A DNA stretch of 64,000 nt from Sminthopsis crassicaudata (Eukaryota), in assembly GCF_048593235.1 (NCBI RefSeq), contig NC_133621.1, positions 219,873,238 to 219,937,237 on the forward strand, read 5' to 3'. Position 1 is the stretch's first letter, and every line of letters begins with the position of its first letter. Shown in pieces: positions 22,855 to 36,408 of the stretch. The position numbers and the translations under genes are program-made. The notes beneath the pieces are model-generated. The model saw nothing but the letters and a program-made list of their open reading frames with translations. It made no database searches and was not told the origin of the DNA.

Positions 22855-23542
22855 NNNNNNNNNNNNNNNNNNNNNNNNNNNNNNNNNNNNNNNNNNNNNN
22901 NNNNNNNNNNNNNNNNNNNNNNNNNNNNNNNNNNNNNNNNNNNNNNNNNNNNNNNNNNNNNNNNNNNNNNNNNNNNNNNNNNNNNNNNNNNNNNNNNNNN
23001 NNNNNNNNNNNNNNNNNNNNNNNNNNNNNNNNNNNNNNNNNNNNNNNNNNNNNNNNNNNNNNNNNNNNNNNNNNNNNNNNNNNNNNNNNNNNNNNNNNNN
23101 NNNNNNNNNNNNNNNNNNNNNNNNNNNNNNNNNNNNNNNNNNNNNNNNNNNNNNNNNNNNNNNNNNNNNNNNNNNNNNNNNNNNNNNNNNNNNNNNNNNN
23201 NNNNNNNNNNNNNNNNNNNNNNNNNNNNNNNNNNNNNNNNNNNNNNNNNNNNNNNNNNNNNNNNNNNNNNNNNNNNNNNNNNNNNNNNNNNNNNNNNNNN
23301 NNNNNNNNNNNNNNNNNNNNNNNNNNNNNNNNNNNNNNNNNNNNNNNNNNNNNNNNNNNNNNNNNNNNNNNNNNNNNNNNNNNNNNNNNNNNNNNNNNNN
23401 NNNNNNNNNNNNNNNNNNNNNNNNNNNNNNNNNNNNNNNNNNNNNNNNNNNNNNNNNNNNNNNNNNNNNNNNNNNNNNNNNNNNNNNNNNNNNNNNNNNN
23501 NNNNNNNNNNNNNNNNNNNNNNNNNNNNNNNNNNNNNNNNNN
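22855..23542. other. Assembly gap (688 N)
   Basis: N run, preceded by a (TCTTCTTCTTGT)n simple repeat. Confidence 1.
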
Positions 23543-24409
23543 AGTAGTTTATCCGGAGTCACATAGGTAGTAAATATTAAGTGTCTGAGGCCAGATTTGA
23601 ATTCAGGTCCTCCTGACTTCAGGTCCAGCATTCTATTCACCATGCCATCTAGCTGTCTAGTAATCTTGTTCAATAGATTCATTTGCTTAGAACATCTAAG
23701 TGACTGGCCCAGAGTCACATGAACAAATAAGTGGCTGAAGTTGCACTTGAACTAGTCCAGTTCTTGTCTCATTTTATTAGTTTTCTGTGAATAATTTTCA
23801 TTCCTGTGAATACAGGAAAGATCCTAATTTACAATAATGAAAATTATTCCTCTCTCCACCATAGAAATTCAACTAATGACAGTTAGAAATTTAATCCAGA
23901 TCTTCCTAGTGGCAAGTTCACTACCTGATCTACCATATCATCTTGACTTTCTTTTACTTTAAATTGTATACCTGACAGCCTCATATCACATTTTTGGGGT
24001 TTTTGGTGTTTTAAAGGAATGTTTCTCACAACCATATGAAATGCATTACTTTTTGTTTCTTAGGAAAGTATGGTGAGTTATCAAGGGTAGCACAACCAAT
24101 AAAAGATTTTTTTGTTGTTGTTGTTGAGCCAAGTGAGGTTAAGTGACTTGCCTAGAGTCATATAGCTAGTAAAGTGTCTGTGGTTGAATTTGAGCTCAGG
24201 TTTTCTTGATTCTACAGGTGGTGCTTTGGCCTACTGTGACATCTACTTGTCCCTAGAACTTCAATTTAATTTAAATTTAAATGCAATCTCTCAAATCCAA
24301 GTCCATCATTTTTCCCTTCTATAGCTCTCTTTATCTATTTCTTTATTTAGAGTCATCACAATTCAACTACAAAAATGATCTTTCTGCATAGCCACAAAAA
24401 ATAACAATG

Positions 24410-25960
24410 AAATTTATATGAAAAAAAAAATGCAAAGGAAGAATATCTAGTAGCACCAGATTTCAGACTATACCATAAAATAGTAATCATTCAAATGATT
24501 TGTTAGTGGTTAAAAAAGAGAGGTTGATTAGTGGAACATATTAGCACTTGGTATAAAGAAACAAATCATTGCTTTAGCCTGATGTTTGATAAAAACCAAA
24601 GACCCCATTTACTGGGGTAAGAACTTAGTACTTGACAAAAACTTCTGAGAAAATTGGAAAGCTATCTGGGAGAAATTAGGTATAGACCAACATCTCACTG
24701 CATGCCAAGAAAAGCTCTAAATGGAAATTAGAAATAATGAAATCTTATGCGAATTAGAAGAGCAAAGAAAAAGTACTTTTAAAATTTATGGATGGGGAAG
24801 ACTTCAGAATTAAAGAAGGGATGGACAGTTTTGATTATATGAAATTTAAAAAGTTTTACAAAAAGAGCCCCAGTATAATTAAAATTAGAAGTAAAATGTA
24901 TAACAAGAAACAGTTCTATGTGGCAAGTTTTACTCAAAAAGGCCTTATATGCAAGGTGTATAAGGAGCTGATTCTAATTCATAAGAACAACAAAAACTCT
25001 CCAGTTGATAAATAGTCAAAGAATATAAGAAGGCAGTTTTCAAAGGAAAATATGTAGGCTATCAGCAAAGATGAAAACTTGTTCCAAAAAGCTACTACTT
25101 AGAGAAGTGTAAATTAAAGTAACTCCAAAGTTCTCCTCACATTCATCATTTCGGTAAAAAAATGACAAAAAAGAAAAGGACAATTTTTGGCAGGAGATGC
25201 AAAAAAAAAAAAAAAAAAAAAAGTCTCATTAATCCATTCTTAGAGACTTTTGAATTGAATTATTTGAAATTTTGAATTAACCATTATGGAAAGGTATTTG
25301 GAACTAGGTCCCAAAAGTAAACAAAACAAAACAAAATCTTTTGATCCAGTTGTACCATTATTAGGCTCATAACCCAAAAAGATCAAGGAAAGAGAAAAAA
25401 AGATCAACATGTACAAAATTATTTTTATATGGTGTCAGAGAACTGGAAACCAAGGGAGTATTCATTTATTAGGAAGAAAATAAGCAAATTATGGTATATG
25501 AACAGAGTGAAATGTTATTATGTGTAAGAAATGATGAATAGATGATGAAACTATTAAATGGTTTCAGAGAAGACTGACCTGTGGGAACTAATAACAAATG
25601 AAATGAGCAGACAAAAAATTATACAATACTAACAATATAAAGAACATCTTTAAAAGATGTGAGAACTCTTATCAATGCAATGATAAACCACAATTCCAGA
25701 AGACTGATGATAAAGCATGTTACCCACCTTCTGATAGAGAAATGATAAATTCAGCAGATAGAATAAGACATACATTTTTGGATCCAATGTAGGAATTTGC
25801 TTTGTTTGACTATCCACATTTGTTCCAAAGGGTTTTTTTTTTTTTTTTTTCTCCAATGAGAGTAGGGTGGGTGGTAAGACAATGGAAGATAAGGATAAGA
25901 AAGAAATAAGAGAAAGAAAAGAAAGAAAAGTGTCATTGACATATTCTTTTAAAAATGCAG
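24410..25960 (+). mobile_element. Old degraded L1 (ORF2 3' half plus 3' UTR)
   Basis: Landmarks TAGTAGCACCAGATTTCAGACTATACC, TTTGATAAAAACCAAAGACC, CCAGTTGATAAATAGTCAAAGAATAT and TTTGATCCAG, in L1 order. Confidence 0.7.
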
Positions 25961-26784
25961 ATGAGAAGACAGAAAGCAAAAAAGAAACACAGACAAGAAA
26001 CAGACAAAGTAGAACTTTGAAAGTGACAGGTTAATTCATACTTAACAAGAAAAGCGAACTATATCTAATAGAGACACAGTTTCATGTCCAATATATTCTT
26101 TTCCTTTCCTGCCATACATTGCCATGTACATGCAAGTGCACATTTTATTTGTTTTTTAGGTCAGAATAAAAACAATAATAAGAAAAGGAAACCCATTTTT
26201 CTTTTCCTCTCCAATAAAGTTTGGAAAGGATCTTCATTATTGCCCTGGTATCTGGAAGCAAGAGATTCTCCCGGCTTTACCTGGAGCTCTGAAAAGCAAT
26301 GTCCTGATGAATGAGACATCAGAGACTTTTCTTAAGGACAATGGAGCGATTGCTCAAGGTCCATGGGACACCTGGATTGAGATTTGTAACTGGAGGCTGG
26401 GAGAGAGAAACTGAGGCCTCAATATAAACTCTTACCATTCAATAATTGAATATCTTAATGGGTCTTATATAAAGAATGATGATATAAAATAGCATTGAAT
26501 AACTGAGGTGTATTTCAGATGAGAACATGCCATTAATATTTTGTAGATCCTGCCTTAATTACCTCAAAGTTCATCTTTTCCTCTAATCTTTGCACTAAAA
26601 AGAATCACAATGCAGTTCATCATTTGGGGAGAAGAAATATGGTTACATACTCTGAAGCAATGTTCTTATGTTGATGAAACTTGAAAGACTGAGTTGGCAC
26701 TTCTGGCCTTGAAGCTTTTTAACAATGATTTTATCTCTTCTGTTCTTTATAGATTATGGGTGAGATTGGTAGGGAATGGGAGGG

Positions 26785-26860
26785 GAATCAATTGGGGAAT
26801 ATGCAAATAGTTCCCCAGGGGACCAATTTTCAGAATTCACTAATTAATGTTGTGTAAACA
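26785..26860. promoter_or_regulatory. Candidate OR promoter/enhancer motif cluster (octamer, EBF/O-E, homeodomain)
   Basis: ATGCAAAT (~26802), TTCCCCAGGGGA (26811-26822) and CTAATTAATG (~26840) lie within ~50 bp of apparently non-repetitive DNA, 5 kb upstream of the OR at 21707. Confidence 0.4.
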
Positions 26861-27676
26861 GCTTAAGTAAAATCTCAGAGTAGGAATAGTCTTCAAGGAA
26901 TTAGAGGAAGGAAGTTGGGACTATTGGGAAGCAAATATTTCCCAAATAATTTGTTACTGAGTGAATTTTTGTGAAACTGTGAGTTTTTTAAATAGTATTT
27001 TATTCTTTCCCCCAATTACATGTAAAGACAATTTTTAGTCTTCATTTTTTACAAGTTTTTGAATTCCAATTTTTTCTTTCTCCTTTCCTCCCCTTCCAAA
27101 AATGGTAGGCAATTTAATATAGATTATACATGTCTTTATTATGTAAAACATATTTCCATTTCACAGTTGTGAAACAGGAAACAAATCAATAGGAAAAGAT
27201 TCAAAAACAGTAAAGTAAATAAAAATGTTTCATTAGTTTTTTTTTTTTTTTTAAATCTGGATGTAGCTAGCCTTTTTCTTTATGAGTACTTTGTACTTGT
27301 AAAGGATTATTATTTTGCTGAGAACTTAGTCATTCATAGTTTTCATCAATCAATGTTTCTGATACTGTGTATAAAGTTTTCCTGGTTCTTCTCATTTATC
27401 TTTATGTAAGTTTGTACAAATCTTTTTAGAACCTGTGAGTTTTTATCAGACTTATGTGAGGAAAATTTCTTTTACTAAGAGGTAGTATTTTAGTTTTGTC
27501 ACAAATGTGTTCAGTTATTCTACATATATATGTAGAATAAGGGGAACATTAGACAGAGAATTTGAATGATAGCTTGAAAATTGGGCTTAAAACAATAAAT
27601 GGATGACTTTCAAAATGGATGATCGGGTGTTGTTCAATAAAAATAATTTTCAGTGATGAAGACAGAACTGGCCCTA

Positions 27677-28190
27677 TGTTAGGATTCTTACGAGGTACTA
27701 AGTCACTGAAATTGACAGAGACAATAATTATCTAATTTAGCATGGTTCAGTATGATTGATCTGATCCTACAAGGAGATGTTATGGGCCAGAACTTGAAAC
27801 AAGGTGTTAGTCCACACCTTTAAAGGAGTTCATGCCTTTAAAGGAGTTCACACTTTTAGAGAGCATATATAAAGAGGAGATTCACAAGTTGAGGAGATTT
27901 ATAAGTCGAAGAGATTCACAAGTTGGGCAGAAATATAAGCAAGAAGCTCTCAGGGCCAGGCACACAAGCCCACAGAAACCCACAAGCCCACTCTTTGGGA
28001 GGAGGTGTCAAGATTCATTCCAACTTCCCCCTTTGTGCTGGCTGTAGATTTGGATGGAGCTTTTGGAACCAAGGAGAGAGACAGTACTCTATTAAAGCTA
28101 ACCGGGGCCCCAGGAAAAGATTCAAGACTTTGAAGGAGAAAATAAAGGATTTGGACTTCAACTCTTGGCTGCATTTGGGATTATTGAGCA
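27677..28190 (+). mobile_element. LTR (3'-truncated), same family as those at 39899, 40568 and 56494
   Basis: TGTTAGGATTC start, CCCACAAGCCCACTCT, GGCCCCAGGAAAAGATTCAAGACTTTGAAGG and AATAAAGGATTTGGACTT are shared with the other copies. Confidence 0.8.
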
Positions 28191-29149
28191 CATCTGTGCC
28201 CTCTCCTCTTCCATTCATAATGCTTTTTTCTTCTTTCCTACCTCACCTTTCACTAGCTTTTTACACACTCAGAATAATAGAGAACTTGACTGGGCATCTC
28301 ATCCAATTCATGAATTCTGTCCATAGCATTCCTGGCATTTGATCATTTAATCTCTTCTTAAATATTCTCTCTGGGAGGCAGCGTGGCATAGTGGATAGAG
28401 ATCTGTCCTCAAAGCCAGGTTCAAAGACTTGAGTTCAATTTCTCTTTATGCTCCTCCATATTGGCTATGAGAGTCTCAGTAAATAATTTAACCTCTCAAT
28501 ATTCTAGGCATCTTTCTATGACCATAAGTTACTTCAAAGAAGGGGTTTGAGAATAGTTCTGCTGCCATAAAAGGATAAAACTCAGGTGGAGTATGATACT
28601 CCTGGAATCTTGCCTCTTGATCATGCCTTTCTCTCTTGAAATTTTTAATCTTATACTCAGCTACCTATTTTGTCCCAACCCTTTGTATTTTGGTACTATG
28701 AAAAGACCTAGGTCTATTATTCATTCAATCATTTATTTATTCATTCATTCATTTATTTAGCTGGCTTTAAACCTGATCTAGGTTAGTCTTCTTATTTCCT
28801 AGGAGTATTAGGGATCCAAACACACCTACAATCAACCACAATCAGTTTTCTTAGTGCTGGGACATTATTCCAGAACATTTTCCAGTTTCCTATACAAATG
28901 TTTGTTGCTCAGGAACTCACTATTTCAGACATATTTGTGCAGTTGTTCAGAATTTGACATCATCATAATTCATGCAACTACATTAAAATTGAGATTATTC
29001 TGAGGGTATTGGTTCCAAGACCTCTGCCAAGAAACTATACCCTCAAAATCCTAGCACAGAAATGAATCTCAGAATATAAACAAAGACCATTTTTAACTAT
29101 GCTAAGACCTGGAAGTATTTCTGGGAGTCCATACTTAAAGATTCTTTCT

Positions 29150-29850
29150 TTTCTTTTCTTTTTTTTCCCTCAACAGTATTTTATTTTTCCAATAACAAGA
29201 AGATAGTTTCCAATATTAATTTTAAAAGATTTTGTGTTTCAAATAGGTAAAACATATACAATCCTTTAAAAAATATTTCTATATTTATCATGATGTACAA
29301 GAAAAATCAGACCAAAAGCAGGGGAGGGGGGAGAACATGAGAAAGAAAAAGCAAACAAATAAACAAAAAAAAATAGTGAAAATTCTATGCTTTGATCCAT
29401 ATTCAGTCTCCATAGTTCTCTCTCTGGATGTGGATGGCATTTTCCATGCCATCCTGAATTGTCTTGAATCACCACATTTCTGAGAACAGCCAAGTCTATT
29501 GGAATTGATCGTTGCATCATCTTGCTGTTACTGTATACAATGTTCTCTTGGTTCTGCTCATTTCACTCAGCATCAGTTCATATAAGTCTTTCCAGGCTTT
29601 TCTGAAATCAGTTTGGTCATCATTTCTTATAGAACAATAATATTACATTACATTGATATACCATAATATTCAGTCATTCCCCAACTGATAGATATCCACT
29701 CAATTTTCAGTTTTTGACACCATAAAAAGAACTACTGCAAACATTTTTGCACATGTGGGTTCTTCCCCTCTTTTACAGTCTCTTTGGAATATAACAGTTT
29801 TATAGCCCTTTGGGCATAGTTCCAAACTGCTCTGGAGATTCTTTCTTGCC
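29150..29850 (-). mobile_element. Old L1 3' end
   Basis: Reverse-complement L1 3' motifs (GTTCTGCTCATTTCACTCAGCATCAGTTCAT, CATTCCCCAACTGATAG) with a T-rich tail on the left. Confidence 0.75.
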
Positions 29851-30942
29851 ATATACACTATAGCTCTAAACCAATGATCTTCTGTGGGGGTAATTATTAA
29901 TGGGGACCAGCTACTATCACCTCAAATGCAGATTTAAAATTTTTTCTCTAGATTTGTAGCCTAAATATGAAGTTATTATGCCCATATCTAGCTTTAGTGA
30001 TTGCCCTAACCAGTCACCATAAGACATAAGATAATATTGTCCAAATTCATAACAGACTGCCTGTGGTGTAAATGATGCAGCCATTGTTTGTACTCCAAGC
30101 ACCCTGGCAGGGTATAGCAACAGTATAGTTTATTTGTCTCTAAGAGGACAGCTTTTAATTCTATTAAAGTTACAGAACAAGTGAAGCTCAGAGAGATGCA
30201 GAATTCTTGGTTCTGTAAGAAGGCAGATGATGAAATTGGTTATATGTTGATCGTAACAAACTAAAGCACTTATGATGCCCTGATGACTATTTCTGGGCCA
30301 ATTCCTCTGGTGCATCCCAACTATTCAGTGTTGATTAGTGAAAAGGACATAATCCTGGTTCGATGGGTGGAATACTTCCCTGGTGTTCTCAACAGACTAT
30401 CATCAATCAGTGCTGAAGTGATTGTCAGTATAGGCCAGGTTCAATTCAATCCTGCTTCAGCCTAATTTCCAACAGAAGAAGAGGTTTTTGAATGCCACTG
30501 AGCTCGTCTCTTTTTTTTTTTTTATTTTTTTTTTTTTATTTTTTTTTTTCTTCTCTTTTTTTTTTTTTTTTTTTTTAATTTTAAATTTTTTTATTTTATT
30601 TTATAATTATAACATTTTTGACAGTACATATGCATGGGTAATTTTTTTTACAACATTATCCCTTGCACTTACTTCTATTCAGATTTTTTCCCTTCCTCCC
30701 CCAACCCCCTCCCCCAGATGGCAAGCAGTCTTATATATGTTAAATATATTACAGTATAATTTAGATACAATATATGTGTGTAGAAACGAATTTTTTGTTG
30801 CACAGGAAGAATTGGATTCAGAAGGTAAAAATAACAGTTTACATTCATTTCCCAGTCCTTTTCTGGATGTAGCTGGTTCTGTCCATCATTAATCAATTGG
30901 AATTGGATTAGCTCTTCTCTATGTTGAAGAAATCCACTTCCA

Positions 30943-33900
30943 TCAGCATACATCCTCGTACAGTATCATTGTTGAAGTGTATAATGATCTTCTGGTTCTG
31001 CTCGTTTCACTCAGCATCAGTTGATGTAAGTCTCTCCAAGCCTCTCTGTATTTCTCCTGTTGGTCATTTCTTATAGAACAGTAATATTCCATAACATTCA
31101 TATACCATAGTTTACCCAACCATTCTCCAATTGATGGACATCCATTCATCTTCCAGCTTCTAGCCACTATGAAAAGGGCTGCCACAAACATTTTGGCACA
31201 TACAGGACCCTTTCCCTTCTCTAGTAGTTCCTTGGGGTATAAGCCCAGTAGTAGTATGGCTGGGTCAAAGGGTATGCACATTTTGATAACTTTTTGGGCA
31301 TAATTCCAGATTGCTCTCCAGAATGGTTGGATTCTTTCACAACTCCACCAACAATGCATCAGTGTCCCAGTTTTCCCACAACCCCTCCAACATTCATCGT
31401 TATTTGTTCCTGTCATTTTAGCCAATCTGACAGGTGTGTAATGATACCTCAGAGTTGTCTTAATTTGCATTTCTCTGATCAATAGTGATTTGGAACACTC
31501 TTTCATATGAGTGGAAATAGTTTTAATTTCATCATCTGAAAATTGTCTGTTCATATCCTTTGACCATTTATCAATTGGAGAATGGCTTGATTTCTTATAA
31601 ATTAAAGTCAATTCTCTGTATATTTTGGAGATGAGGCCTTTATCAGAACCTTTAACTGTAAAAATTTTTTCCCAATTTGTTACTTCCCTTCTAATCTTGT
31701 TTGCATTAGTTTTGTTTGTGCAGAAACTTTTTAATTTGGTGTAATCAAAATGTTCTATTTTGTGATCAATAATGGTCTCTAGTTCTCCCTTGGACACAAA
31801 CTCCTTCCTCCTCCACAAGTCTGAGAGGTAAACCATCCCATGTTCCTCCAATTTATTTATGATTTCGTTCTTTATGCCTAAATCTTGGACCCATTTTGAT
31901 CTAATCTTAGTATGTGGTGTTAAATGTGGGTCCATGCCTAGTTTCTGCCATACTAATTTCCAGTTTTCCCAGCATTTTTTGTCAAATAATGAATTCTTAT
32001 CCCAAAATTTGGGATCTTTGGGTTTGTCAAAGATTAGATTGCTATTTTTATTCACTATCTTGTCCTGTGAACCTAACCTATGCCACTGATCAACTAGTCT
32101 ATTTCTTAGCCAATACCAAATGGTTTTGGTGACTGTTGCTTTATAATATAGCTTTAAATCAGGTACACTTAGACCACCTTCCTCTGACTTTTTTTTCATT
32201 AGTTCCTTTGCAATTCTCGACGTTTTATTCTTCCATATGAATTTTGTTGTTATTTTTTCTAGGTCATTAAAATAGTTTCTTGGGAGTCTGATTGGTATAG
32301 CACTAAATAAATAGATTAGTTTGGGGAGTATTGTCATCTTTATTATATTCGCTCGGCCTATCCAAGAACATTGAATGTCTTTCCAATTATTTAAATCTGA
32401 CTTTATTTTTGTGGCAAGTGTTTTGTAATTTTGCTCATATAATTCCTGACTCTCCTTTGGTAGATATATTCCCAAATATTTGATACTATCGACTGTTATT
32501 TTGAATGGAATTTCTCTTTGTATCTCTTGCTGCTGGATTGTGTTGGTAATGTATAAAAATCCTGAGGATTTATGTGGATTTATTTTGTATCCTGCGACTT
32601 TGCTAAAATTCTGAATTATTTCTAATAGCTTTTTAGCAGAGTCTTTGGGGTTCTCTAAGTATACCATCATGTCATCTGCGAAAAGTGACAATTTGATTTC
32701 TTCATTTCCTACTCTAATTCCTTGGATCTCTTTCTCGGCTCTTATTGCCAAGGCTAGAGTTTCTAGTACTATATTGAATAGTAATGGTGATAGTGGGCAA
32801 CCTTGTTTCACTCCTGATCTTACAGGGAAAGGTTCTAGTTTATCACCATTACATATGATGTTTACTGAAGGTTTTAAATATATGCTCCTTATTATTTTAA
32901 GGAATAGTCCATTTATTCCTATACTCTCAAGCGTTTTTAGTAGGAATGGATGTTGGATTTTATCAAATGCCTTTTCTGCATCTATTGAGATGATCATATG
33001 GTTTTTATTAATTTGATTATTAATATGGTCAATTATACTAATAGTTTTCCTAATATTAAACCAGCCCTGCATTCCTGGTATAAATCCCACTTGGTCATAG
33101 TGTATTATCCTGGGGATGATTTTCTGAAGTCTATTTGCTAATATCTTATTTAAGATTTTAGCATCAATATTCATTAAGGAAATTGGTCTATAGTTTTCTT
33201 TCTCTGTTTTCGATCTACCTGGTTTAGGTATCAGTACCATGTCTGTGTCATAGAAGGAATTTGGTAGGACTCCTTCAATCCCTATTTTTTCAAATAGTTT
33301 ACATAGCATTGGAGTTAGTTGTTCTTTAAATGTTTGGTAGAATTCACCTGTAAATCCATCTGGTCCTGGGGACTTTTTCTTAGGAAGTTGGTTAATAGCT
33401 TGGTCTATTTCTTTTTCTGAGATGGGACTATTTAGACTACTTACTTCTTCCTCTGTTAATCTGGGCAAGCTATATTTTTGAAGGTATTCTTCCATTTCAT
33501 TTAAGTTATCGAATTTATCGGCATAAAGTTGAGCAAAGTAGCTCCTAACTATTGTTCTAATTTCCTCTTCATTAGTGGTGAGTTCACCCTTTTCATTTTC
33601 AAGACTATCAATTTGCTTTTTCTCTTTCCTTTTTTTAATCAGGTTTACTAAGGGTTTGTCTATTTTGTTGGTTTTTTCATAAAACCAACTCTTAGTTTTA
33701 TTAATTAATTCAATAGTTTTTTTACTTTCAATTTTATTAATCTCACCTTTTATTTTTTGAATTTCAAGTTTTGTGTTTATCTGGGGGTTTTTAATTTGTT
33801 CCTTTTCTAGCAATTTTAGTTGTAAACCCAATTCGTTGGCCCTCTCTTTCTCTATTTTATGCAGGTAGGCCTGTAGAGATATAAAACTTCCCCTAATTAC

Positions 33901-34778
33901 TGCTTTGGCTGTATCCCACACGATTTTGGTATGATGTCTCATTATTGTCATTTTCTTGGGTGAAGTTATTAATTATGTCTATGATTTGCTGTTTTACCCA
34001 ATCATTCTTTAGTATAAGATTATTTAGTTTCCAATTATTTTTTGGTCTATTTTCCCCTGGCTTTTTATTAAATGTTATTTTGATTGCATTATGGTCTGAA
34101 AAGGATGCATTTACTATTTCTGCCTTACTGCATTTGATTTTGAGGTTTTTATGCCCTAGTATATGATCAATTTTTGTATAGGTTCCATGAACTGCTGAGA
34201 AGAAAGTATATTCCTTTCTGTCTCCATTTAGCTTTCGCCAAAGATCTATCATATCAAACTTTTCTAGTATTCTATTTACCTCTTTGACTTCTTTCTTATT
34301 TATTTTGTGGTTTGATTTATCTAATTCTGAGAGTGCAAGGTTGAGATCTCCCGCTATTATAGTTTTGCTATCTATTTCCTCTTGCAGCTCTCTTAATTTC
34401 TCTTTTAAGAATTTAGATGCTGCACCACTTGGTGCATACATGTTTAATATTGATACTGCTTCACTATTGATGCTTCCCTTTAGCAGGATATAATGCCCTT
34501 CCTTATCTCTTTTAATTAGATCAATTTTTGTTTTTGCTTGATCTGAGATGAGGATGGCTACTCCTGCTTTTTTGGTTTTACCTGAAGCATAATAGATTCT
34601 GCTCCACCCTTTTACTTTTAGTTTGAATGTCTCATCCTGTTTCAGGTGTGTTTCCTGTAAACAACATATAGTAGGATTCTGACTTTTAATCCAGTCTGCT
34701 AACTGCTTCCTCTTTATGAGGCAGTTTTGCCCCATTCACATTTATGGTTAGAAGGACTAATTCTATATTACTTGCCAT
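30943..34778 (-). pseudogene. L1 ORF2 (endonuclease, RT, C-terminal cysteine-rich domain) with two +1 frameshifts (~34725 and ~33921)
   Basis: ATG at 34778 (MASNIELVLLTINVNG). The EN segment 33893-34735 and the RT segment 30943-33951 ([26 protein letters not shown]) are otherwise free of stops. Confidence 0.92.
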
Positions 34779-35231
34779 CCTATTAACCCCCTGCTTATGC
34801 TTTTCCCCTTTCCTTCCCTTTTACCCTCCTATCCAGTATTCAACTGGTAAACACCACTTGCTTTTCACAGCCCTCCCTTTTTAGGATCCCTCCCCCACCT
34901 TAAAGATCCTCCCCTTATTTTATCCCTTTTCCTCGAAATTACTGTATTCCCTTCCCCTTAGCTTACTCCTTCCCTTTCACTTTTCAATGAAATGGAAGAA
35001 GTTTCACCATAAATCGAATATGTCTATTGATACACGCTATGTTCATCTCCCTCCTTTCTTTCTCTCAGATATAATAGGTTACCTTTGCCTCTTCATGAGA
35101 TGTAGTACCACCACTTTATACTTTATGATATAATCTCCTTTCCATCTCTAGTTTCTAAGACAAATTGTACATATGTTCTTTACATATTTTTTTGACAGAA
35201 GTATAGTTCTCAAGATTTCTTTTTACTTTTT

Positions 35232-36408
35232 TTAGAAGTCTCTTGAGTTCTGTATTTGAAGATCAAACCTTTTATGTAGGTCTGGTTTTTTCATCAAAAA
35301 TAGATGGAATTCATTTATTTCGTTAAATGTCCATCTTCTTCCCTGGAAAACGATGCTCATTCTTGCTGGGTAAGTTATTCTTGGCTGCATACCAAGTTCC
35401 TTAGCCTTTCGGAATATCATGTTCCAGGCCCTGCGTTCTTTTAATGTGGACGCTGCTAGATCCTGTGTTATCCTTATTGTGGATCCTCCATATCTGAATT
35501 GTTTTTTTCTAGCAGCTTCCAATATCTTTTCCTTTGTCTGATGGTTCTTGAACTTGGCCACTATATTTCTTGGCGTTTTGATTTTAGGGTCCCTTTCAGT
35601 AGGTGATCGATGAATTTTCTCAATGTCTATTTTACCCTCTGTTTCCAGAATGTCTGGGCAGTTCTCTTTGATAATTTCCTCGAAAATGGTGTCCAAGCTC
35701 TTTTTTTCCTCCCATTTTTCAGGGAGTCCGATTATTCTCAAATTGTCTCTCCTGGATCTGTTTTCCAGGTCTGTTGTCTTTCTGGGTAAGGTACTTGACA
35801 GTCTTTTCAATTGTTTCATTTCTCTGGTTTTGCTTGACTCCCTCTTGGTTTCTCCTTGAGTCATTCATTTCTACTTGTTCCAGTCTAATTTTCAATGATG
35901 TATTTTCTTCACTCACTTTTTTTATATCTCTTTGTAATTGTCCAATTGAGTTTTTATCTTCTATGGAATTTTTTTCCATTTTATCCATTTTATTTTTTAG
36001 AGAGCTGATTTCTTTTTCCAGCTCTCTAATCCTGTTTTCCTTGGAGTTGTTTACCTTTTCCAGCTCACTAATCCTGTTTTCCTTGGAGTTGTTTACCTTT
36101 TCCAGCTCACTAATCTTGTTTCTCAATGATTTGATTTCTTTATCCATTCTGTCTTTGAATGCATGGGATGACCTCTCCAGGCTCTCTTGCCAAGCCTCCC
36201 TTTCCTTTTCCCATTTCTCTTCCAGCTCTCTTGTGAGAGCCTTTTTGATTTCCTCTATGAGGTTCTTTTGTATTGAGGAGCAGCTTATATCCCTCCCAGG
36301 GGATACATCTGGGGACATTCTGTTCCTAGTCTCTTCAGCATTTGAAGTTTGCTCCCTCTCCACACAGAAGCTGTCAATGGTTAGAGCCCTTTTGAATTTT
36401 TTGTTCAT
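35232..36408 (-). pseudogene. L1 ORF1 with a single +1 frameshift (~35785)
   Basis: The coiled-coil half (35719-36408) joins the RRM/CTD half (TTDLENRSRRDNLRIIGLPE, PRNIVAKF, ITQDLAASTL) if one C of CTTACCCAGA is removed. Confidence 0.92.

Noticed and set aside
22794-23718. Long ORFs of 247-288 aa in the ORF track
   Set aside because: Artifacts of translating through the N gap; the same applies to 38045-38257.
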